From: Octopus sinensis
Lineage: Eukaryota
NCBI RefSeq assembly: GCF_006345805.1
Contig: NC_043013.1
Location: forward strand, 51,274,001 to 51,338,000
Direction: 5' to 3'
Length of the DNA stretch: 64,000 nt
In this document: positions 55,008 to 64,000 of the stretch, piece by piece
Layout: each line of letters opens with the position of its first letter
Numbering within the stretch: the stretch's first letter is position 1
The notes under the pieces: generated by a model
What the model was told of the DNA's origin: nothing
Database searches by the model: none
The model's input: only the letters and a program-made list of their open reading frames with translations
Translations under genes and position numbers: made by a program

Positions 55008-55533
55008 CAGTGGTTCTCAACTGTGGTCCATATAGAATTTTGTTGAAAAAATTTATGTGCAATAAAGTAGTTATACTTCTACAAAACGCAAAATTTTGCA
55101 ACAGTTGTTTTTATACAATTCTTGATGATGTTAAATTATAAAAACTATAATACGAAAACAATTGCAGTGTGGAATATTTTAGTCGCTTTGAGACCGCGAC
55201 CTGTTCATTGACAAAATTCTATGCAGCACGGAATTGTGTCAGTGAACAGGTCGCGGTCTCAAAGCGACGAAAATATTCTGGCAAATTGAATTTAAATGTT
55301 GAAGTGAATCTAAGGGTTTTTGTGTGTTTCTTAAATGGCTTATAAACACCTTCCACGCTGCAATTGTTTTCGTTCCAGCACTTGATCTCAGATCAGGTCA
55401 CTTGTTATGCAAGTAAATCTCCGAAAAAAACTATAATAGGATTTTTATTAAGACATCGAATAGCTATGGCAGTGTACCTGAGTAAAATAGGAACGAAAGG
55501 GGTTCATAAGTGAAATATGGTAGGGAGACACTG
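55008..55533. mobile_element. hAT (Charlie-like) MITE with an internal 41-bp hairpin
   Basis: Ends cagtggttctcaac ... ggtagggagacactg; 8-bp flanks ctacgaaa / ctataaaa. Confidence 0.7.
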
Positions 55534-55899
55534 CTATAAAAGATGGATTTATTTTGTAAATATCTGAAGTCTATCTAGAGATTTCCATTAACTAAAAATG
55601 TCAATGCAGATCTTTCAGGATCGTTCCGCAGTGTAGCTTTCCTTCATTCTAATTCAGGGACTTGCAAATTAGCGTATATTGAGATTTGGGATTTTATATG
55701 GTTATCCAAGGTATCAATACACGCTTGAAATAGGAATGAGGTCTGAATTATTTGCAAATTGAACCTGGAAGGGCGCGTTAATTTAAGAGAGAAAAAAATC
55801 ATGAGTTTCCAATCAAACAACAATGCAATAACTAGAATTCACCAAACATATTTTACATGAAATATTCTGAGTATATCAATATAAGAGGAATGAAACCAA

Positions 55900-56115
55900 A
55901 GTAGCGAGCTGGCTGGATCCTTAGCACGCCGAACTAAATGCTTAACGAGATTTCGTCCGTCTTTATGTTCTATAGCTGAAATTTTACAGCGGTCGACTTT
56001 GCCTTTCATTCCTTCAGCTTCGATAAGATAGTACAAGTTGAGTACTGGGGCCATGGATAATCGACTTACCCCTCACCCGCGAACTTGCTGGCCTTGTCCC
56101 AAAATTTGAAACCAA
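55900..56115 (+). mobile_element. SINE family B, diverged
   Basis: gcgagctggctggatccttagcacgcc...gtcgactttgcctttcattcc. Confidence 0.75.
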
Positions 56116-56399
56116 TACTATAGAACTGAGTTTTTATGCATCTTTATCAATTTCGTCGAATATTTTCATTAAATTTCTTTAAATATTTCTTATTAAAAAA
56201 GGTGACGACACAAAAATAAAAGAAAAAAAATACTGTTTTTAAATTGAATTCTCGTAATTAATTATACTGTAAAATTTTATTTTAAAAATTTATTTGATAA
56301 GCGGGTGGCGATAAGCTATCAATGATTCCATGTAATGATATGCCTTGCAATATCTGCGCCAGCCCTTTTCGTTTTGCGAGCAAAACTTAGGAAGCCACT

Positions 56400-56650
56400 G
56401 GCGTCAAGCTGTATTTACTCATACGGAGGTGGGGTGGGGGCGAGACACTTTATTTCATGTTATTCTAGTCCACCCACCTGGCAAAAATGAGTCGACAAGA
56501 GCCAGCATTGTCATTCTGTGTCATGCTGAATCGCATTGGGACCTATATTAATTGCATTTGTGTCCGTTCTGTGCTCAGCCACTTGCACGTTAATGTCGCA
56601 AGCGGGCTGTTCCGTCAAACGGATCAACTGGAAACCTCGTTCGGAGAGTC
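56400..56650 (+). mobile_element. SINE family C (H1+T1), diverged
   Basis: gagacactttatttcatg...ggcaaaaatgagt...gctcagccacttgcacgttaat. Confidence 0.7.
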
Positions 56651-57234
56651 AATGGTCAGTATCACTGGGGCGTTGAGGAGATATTCGCATGCATGAAAAT
56701 CTGCCAGTCTTGCACGCACAAAAGAACAGCAAGTTACTCACAACTGCATATGTGTGTAGATGCAAGGTCAACCCTGGCAGACAAAGGTCCCTAGATTGGA
56801 ATTCTAGAAAATTTCCTAATTACAAAAAATCCTCAGATTTTACGCCAAAAGGACAAAATTGTTGCACATCATGCTGACAATAGAATCAGATTCAGCATAT
56901 GCATCGAATGTTCATATGTAGGGTGAACAGCGAAAAGTCAAATCGATGACTAACATTAATTTCTAATACGTTCCGGCTGACTCGAACGTGGGTATGCTAA
57001 TCGTTCTAGTTTTATTACAGGGAAACAATTTCTCCTCCACCACGAATGTTCAGTCATAGCACACTCGATTCATTAGCTCAAGGAATTCTGGTATATCCCA
57101 TGTTTTAACATTGTTGTGTCTCGTTGGCCAGACGCATCCGGGATTGCTGAATTGAACAAGAGTATATCTATTTCTTTATTGCCCACAGGGGCCTAAACAT
57201 AGAGGAGACAAACAAGGACAGACAAAGGGATAGT

Positions 57235-57410
57235 TCAAATTTATGAAAAAAACAAAGACGAATACAGGTGTAGAAACAACAAGAAGGTGTATTAGTTTGA
57301 CGCTCGAGAGAAATGGGAAAGACTTTTACGTTTCGAGCCTACGCTCTTCGACAGAAGGGGATAAGAGGAAATAAATAGAGAGAGAAGGAAAAAAAAAACC
57401 ATGTATAGTA
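57235..57410 (-). mobile_element. Second copy of the CUGUCGA-hammerhead element (motif 57323-57357)
   Basis: 34 nt identical to 27590-27623; flanks clearly diverged. Confidence 0.65.
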
Positions 57411-57979
57411 GAATAGGAAATAGAAAGTCCTTGGTACAGTAATATTTGTAAATGAACAGAAATGGTTTTTCTGATAATTTTACCACTTTAATAATTGGAC
57501 ATTTACAAAAGATGACTCTGAACGAAATTTTTTCCTTGAAAGCGGTCTTCTTTTGGTTTCTAATTGCCGAATTTACTCACAAGGATTTGGTCGGACCGGG
57601 GCTGTATTGGCACTCAGTGAAATCGAACTCAGTAACCAAAGAAATTGTATCGTAAGTATGGATGGTGTTAGACACAGTGCTAGATTTTGACCGTGTATTT
57701 GATTTAGCTCCCTTAAATATCATGGCCAGAAATCTAAGGGTAGCTATACATTTTCGGATGTTAAGTATTACAGGTTAATTAAACTTAATTGCACATATTT
57801 AATGTCGCAATGTGTAGATAAGGACACCAAAATAAAAGTGTGTAAAATCGTCAGATTTCAGCATTTAATCTTGAAGGAAAAGTAAACATATTAGGAGAGA
57901 ATCCGTATAAATATTGCTTCTGTTTGTTTTAGTAGATAAATATATAGTAAGAAATAAACAAGCTTTGTGCATGTGGAGG

Positions 57980-58052
<73 letters not shown>

Positions 58053-58107
58053 CGTATATATGTTATTATTTACATGTGCATATATATATGTGTATGTCTA
58101 TGGGGTG

Positions 58108-58152
<45 letters not shown>

Positions 58153-58284
58153 CAGTTGGTCCTTATTTGTATTTGTGTAGGTGTCCGAAATAAAAACTGT
58201 ATGTATATTGTTGCATCTAGGAAGCGCAGATGGTGTCTATCTATCTATCTATCTGTATCTACATACAAATATATAAATATATAT

Positions 58285-58342
<58 letters not shown>

Positions 58343-58343
58343 A

Positions 58344-58383
<40 letters not shown>

Positions 58384-58394
58384 TATATGTATAT

Positions 58395-58461
<67 letters not shown>

Positions 58462-58774
58462 ACATACACACATACAAACATAGATACATACGTACATACA
58501 TACATGCAATACACACACATATATACATATAAACCTTCATTTCTAATAATCGGTCCTTTCTCTATTATATACGTATGTATCTTACATGAAAGAGCCTGTC
58601 TGCACATATGCATGTTGTGTTCGTATTTGTTTAGGTGTTTAACCGAGAAATAAGCAGTAAATTTACAAATATAAAATTCACATTTGTTCATTTACAAACA
58701 GAGAGGCCTCTTTTGATAATTCCAAGCTGTATTTATATAATTCTTCATACAGGTGTGCATGTGCGTGTGCGTGC

Positions 58775-58825
<51 letters not shown>

Positions 58826-58874
58826 CAAGAATAAGATCGTGGTAACAAATATGCAATCACTGGTAAATTGAATC

Positions 58875-59300
58875 TTTTATCTTTTACTTGTTCCTCTCAC
58901 TGGACTGCGACCATGCTAGAGCACCACTTCGAATGGTTTTAGTCGAACCAATGGCCACCAGAGCGTATATTTCAGACTGGTACTTATTCGATCAGTCTCT
59001 GTGCCGAACGGTTAGCTTACAGGGATATAAACAAACCAATACCGTTGGTGAAGTGATGGCATGGTGATGGAGGTAGTAGTAGTGTGGGTAAGCACAAGAA
59101 CAAAGACGCACATATATATACATATATAAGCTTATACGAAGTTTCCGTCCATCATATTCCCTTATAGAGTATCGGTCAGCACGAAACTATAGTAAAAGAC
59201 ACTTGCCTAAGATGCCATGTAGTAGGACTGAACCTGGAACCACGTGGTTGTCAGGCGACCTTCTTAACCACACAACTGTGGTTGTGTCATATATTTAAGT
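58875..59300 (-). mobile_element. SINE family A, old
   Basis: gactgcgaccatgct..., gacacttgcctaagatgcc...gaacctggaaccacgtgg. Confidence 0.7.
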
Positions 59301-59384
59301 AAATGTAGAAGTGAGCAAAGACGTAGATATCATAGGAGGGACATATTTCCCGTTTAAGTTCTTAGCGTCTTCTTTTCCGGAATC

Positions 59385-59840
59385 TGTGCTGAGAGGAAAT
59401 AACCACTCCGAAATGCACGCTTCGAAATCCGGTTAAGGGGCGCTGTGAATTTGTCGACGACGAGATATTTTCTCTTTCACTAAATACAGTGAATGGCTTT
59501 CTTACGAGTTCGAATAGGCCTCAAGCGTATCTGAACTGGTAACAAGTTTGCATTTATAAATATCTCTGCCAAGCGCTGTCAGCATTTATCTTATTTACGG
59601 CGAGACGCTGAATAGCGCAACCAGTTATGGACGATGACGGAAATATCATCGGAGGAACCTGCCTCTCGTGTCAGTTCGTTGCGCCTGACTTACCGGTCTC
59701 TGTTGCTGAAGAGGAAATAACCACTCCGAAATGCATGTAACGAACAGTCTCGCTAGCGGGTGCTATGAATTTTCTGCTTAACAATATGCATTCAAAGGAT
59801 TTCTAGCGGGTTCGAACAAGTCTCAACGTCAGAAGCCCGA
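59385..59840 (+). repeat. Diverged ~317-bp tandem dimer, each unit beginning with a hammerhead-like core
   Basis: CTGA(A)GA-GGA-AATAACCAC-TCC-GAAA at 59389 and 59706; shared gttcgaa..ag.ctcaa downstream. Confidence 0.55.
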
Positions 59841-59924
59841 TTCGAACGTCATAAACCTTAGACCACGTTGTCTACGACTATAGGGGTAGGGTGGGTTTTT
59901 CATTCATTTCAGGCAGTAATGTAT

Positions 59925-60460
59925 GGCTGGATAAATGAAGGAGTGAATGAACTACTAAGTGTATGGATGCATGAATAAAAAAAACAACAGAATGAATGCG
60001 CTAATGAACGAATGGATCATTGATAGAATGAGCGGTGAATGAATGAATGAGTGAATGTGCGAATATATTAATGAGCGAATGAGCAAATGAATGAATGAGC
60101 GAATGTGTGAATTCCTAAATTAATGAATGAGCAAAAGAACGATTGAAAGAATGAGCAAATGAAAAACGATTGAGTGACTGTGCGAATAGATGGATGAGTG
60201 AATGAGCAAATGTGCGAATGGATGAATGAGTGAATAAGCATATGAACGAATAAGTGAATGAGTGAATGCACGTATGCACAGATGAGCGAAGGAACATATG
60301 AATAAATGAAATCATGAGTGAATGAAAGAATAAGCGAATGGAAACGCAAACAAATGAATGAATGAGTGAAAGAAGGAAAGTACGAGTATAAGAATGAGGG
60401 AATAGTTAAGAATACAAATGATTGAATAGGAGAATCGATGGACGAACGGAATCGATGAAT
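59925..60460. repeat. Degenerate (GAAT)n-derived satellite
   Basis: gaatgagtgaatgaatga motifs throughout. Confidence 0.85.
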
Positions 60461-60566
60461 CGGTCGTGGCACGACCAAATCAAGATTTGTGACAATCGGT
60501 CGCGAAGAAGAGCAGAGCGGAGACACGAAAGGAATGGTTTTGCGATTAAGTGTGGTGCGTGTGTGC

Positions 60567-61080
60567 GTGTGTATCTGTCTGTGTGTCTGTGGGTGTTGTT
60601 TTGTATATGGGAGTGTGTGTGGGGAGGTGGGGGGTGGATGTAGTTGTGTGTATGAAGATGTGTGCGTATATGTGTGTGTGTATCTGTCTGTGTGTCTGTG
60701 GGTGTTGTTTTGTATATGGGAGTGTGTGGGGTGTGTGGATGTAGTTGTGTGTATGAAGATGTGTGCGTATATGTGTTTGTGTATCTGTCTGTGTGTCTGT
60801 GGGTGTTGTTTTGTATATGGGAGTGTGTGGGGTGTGTGGATGTAGTTGTGTGTATGAAGATGTGTGCGTATATGTGTTTGTGTATCTGTCTGTGTGTCTG
60901 TGGGTGTTGTTTTGTATATGGGAGTGTGTGGGGTGTGTGGATGTAGTTGTGTGTATGAAGATGTGTGCGTATATGTGTGTGTGTATCTGTCTGTGTGTCT
61001 GTGGGTGTTGTTTTGTATATGGGAGTGTGTGGGGTGTGTGGATGTAGTTGTGTGTATGAAGATGTGTGCGTATATGTGCG
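60567..61080. repeat. 101-bp minisatellite, 5 near-identical copies
   Basis: gtatctgtctgtgtgtctgtgggtgttgttttgtatatgggag at 60571, 60680, 60781, 60882, 60983. Confidence 0.95.
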
Positions 61081-61329
61081 TGTGTGTGTGTGTGTGTATG
61101 CATCTCGATGTCATTGTGTGTTGTGTGTGTTTCTGTGTGTATATCTGCGCGTATAGTTGTGTGGATGTGTGCGCGCGCGCGTGTTTGTCTGAAAAGTCAT
61201 AAATTTTACACAATTGCAAAATCTGGCATTTTCATTGTAAAAGATAGGCAAAACAATATCAACAAATAATAAAAAAAACAAATGTGAGATAAATACAAAC
61301 AACGGCAGTAATGAGAAAACAGACTATAA

Positions 61330-61363
<34 letters not shown>

Positions 61364-61459
61364 TAATAATAATAATATGATAATAATAATAATAATAATA
61401 ATAATAAAATAATAATATATAATAATAATGATAATAATAATGATAATTAATAATGATAA

Positions 61460-61502
<43 letters not shown>

Positions 61503-61503
61503 A

Positions 61504-61553
<50 letters not shown>

Positions 61554-61713
61554 TAATGATAATTAATAATAATAATAATAATAATATAATAATTATAATA
61601 ATGATAATAATGATAATAAAAATAATAATAATAATAATAATAATAACGATAATAATAATAATATAATAATATAATATAATGATAATAATAATAATAATAA
61701 TAATAATAATATG

Positions 61714-61750
<37 letters not shown>

Positions 61751-61767
61751 TAATAATAATAATAATG

Positions 61768-61845
<78 letters not shown>

Positions 61846-61848
61846 TAA
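61330..61848. repeat. (AAT)n array
   Basis: direct reading. Confidence 0.97.
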
Positions 61849-61879
61849 AAAACAAAAAAAAACCCAAATATATGGCACA

Positions 61880-62200
61880 CGGAATACCTATTTCTATTTC
61901 TTTATTACCCACAAGGGGCTAAACACAGAGGAGACAAACAAGGACAGACATAGGTATTAAGTCGATTACATCGACCCCAGTGCGTAACTGGTACTTAATT
62001 TATCGACCCCGAAAGGATGGAATACCGCTAAGCATTTCGGCCGGCGTGCTAACGTCTCTGCCAGCTCGCCGCCTTGTTTTAACGATTCTGCCAGCTTGCA
62101 GCCTTTCATAAAATGCTTAACGGTATTTCGTCCGTCTTTACGTTCTCAGTTGAAAATTGCCTTTCATCTCTTCACGGTTGATAAATTAAGTACCAGTAGT
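61880..62200. mobile_element. Head-to-head family B SINE pieces (minus 61880-62075, plus ~62075-62200)
   Basis: Matches to family B on both strands. Confidence 0.75.
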
Positions 62201-62289
62201 GTATTGGTGTTAATCGTGGTTGTGGTTGGGGTAGGGGTAGGGCGATACAGACGACTTCCACACCGCCCAAATTTTCAGGCCTTCTGCTT

Positions 62290-62535
<246 letters not shown>

Positions 62536-63064
62536 GAATGAGAGAGCAGTGCATGCCATCAAAGTTATACTGAGTTACAAATATACGAAGCCCAGTATAC
62601 CCGTCATTTCTACCCGTCTGATAAGGGTACACAAGGCACATGCATCACAACCATATGTGCGCGACATGGTGATCTCATATCAAGATAAACAGCGCATAAC
62701 TTTACAGGTGGCGCCCAGTTAGAATTTTCTTCAGTTCGAGTAGCCCATCCTGCTCAAAAGATCCCTGAATAAGGGTTGTTTAAGGATGTCGAACAAAACA
62801 CCCCTATTTCCAAAGTTGAATTATCCAAACACCAAAGAATCCCTCTCAACACATGGCTATGATGCTCCCCCACTACTTCTGCTCATGATCAGAGATGCTC
62901 ATATCGTCAGCCACTAAGGAACATGCTCAACTGGTTAAGGTCAAACAACTGACAAGCAAATCTGTGGTATTGAGCAGAATATTTGCTGTAGCCCATCTTT
63001 TATACCAAGACAAAACAATGTACAATAAATTAAGATCAGAAGCCAAGAGAGCCACTGTCTTGTA
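62536..63064 (-). mobile_element. Probable non-LTR retroelement 3' end with (AAT)n tail
   Basis: Minus strand ends ...gcatgcactgctctctcattc followed directly by (AAT)n; bounded by trinucleotide arrays. Confidence 0.5.
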
Positions 63065-63124
<60 letters not shown>

Positions 63125-63127
63125 CAT

Positions 63128-63187
<60 letters not shown>

Positions 63188-63238
63188 CACTACTAATACT
63201 ACTACTACTACTACTACTCTTCTTATTATTATTATCAT

Positions 63239-63275
<37 letters not shown>

Positions 63276-63345
63276 TCTTCTTCTTCTTCTTTCTTCTTCT
63301 TCTTCTTATTATATTATTATTATTATTATTATTATTATTATCATC
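63065..63345. repeat. Compound trinucleotide ATT-ACT-ATT-ACT-TCT-ATT
   Basis: direct reading. Confidence 0.95.
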
Positions 63346-64000
63346 GTTATAGACTCAAGAGAGGAGGCAGCCGTGACAGTAGAAGGCACGTGACTTCAGT
63401 ATGTAATTGTTGTCTACTGTGTTTTCTCTTTGGAACATCTGTCTGACAAAGAAATAAAAACGAAATAGCGACAACGAGGGATGAATTCTCTCTAAATTTG
63501 TCATAACGTCTCAAAAGATATCAGTGCTTTGTAAAATATATCGCCGTTATGTTAAGGCATACCGAAAAGTCGTCCAATGTCATCCAAGGTCACGTCAACA
63601 CGAGAAAACAAATACATGCACACGTACACACAGATACAATCGCGCACCCATTTTTTATATTCACATATAAGGGGCGACTTTATATTTATGGCTTCTTGGG
63701 TTTTTTTTCTTTGGTTTTTTTTTTTCTCAAAGAGAAAGGGTTGGTTCCTAAGTGAAAAAACAAAGTGCTTTTCGTTGGAATTTAGACATCATCTACAGTT
63801 AACCGTATACAATTACATACTCAAGTCCCTACCACACCCTTAAGAAAGTGGAGAAAACCACCGGCCCTTAAAAAAGAAAAAGATGATAAAATCTAGTTGT
63901 TTGAAAGCTATTTAGAATTTTAACATTTGTAAATTCACAGAGCTGCTTACGCACATACATACACATGTATACAATCTCTCTCTGTCTCTCTATCTCTCTC

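Noticed and set aside
60068-61219. 383-aa His/Thr-rich ORF
   Set aside because: Product of the 101-bp minisatellite and the (GAAT)n field read on the minus strand.
62895-63446. 183-aa ORF with homopolymer runs
   Set aside because: Antisense retroelement tail fused to trinucleotide arrays.

Overview
AT-rich, microsatellite-saturated eukaryotic DNA with one 100-N assembly gap (42869-42968). It is almost certainly from an octopus (inferred from the OK/OR-type tRNA-derived SINE landscape and the (TA)n density; no database search was run). No convincing host protein-coding gene, rRNA, true tRNA or CRISPR array is present, and most listed ORFs are microsatellite translations. The window holds several tRNA-derived SINE families (labelled A-D here), a 5'-truncated CR1-type LINE with a 407-aa RT reading frame, several RTE fragments, a Tx1/L1-like ORF1 remnant with a CCHC knuckle, a full-length dead mariner, two other Tc1/mariner remnants and a hAT-type MITE. 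The main result is a set of minimal type-I hammerhead-ribozyme-like motifs of the Penelope/retrozyme kind in at least five unrelated repeat families. These include a 363-bp tandem array folded into a 1.7-kb inversion with a non-canonical core in every unit, a tRNA-headed SINE carrying a canonical hammerhead, and a CUGUCGA variant. Other notable items are a repeat unit differing from its siblings almost only by A-to-G changes, a perfect 245-bp inverted templated insertion inside a SINE, and four-way head/tail module swapping among SINEs. All structures were paired by eye.
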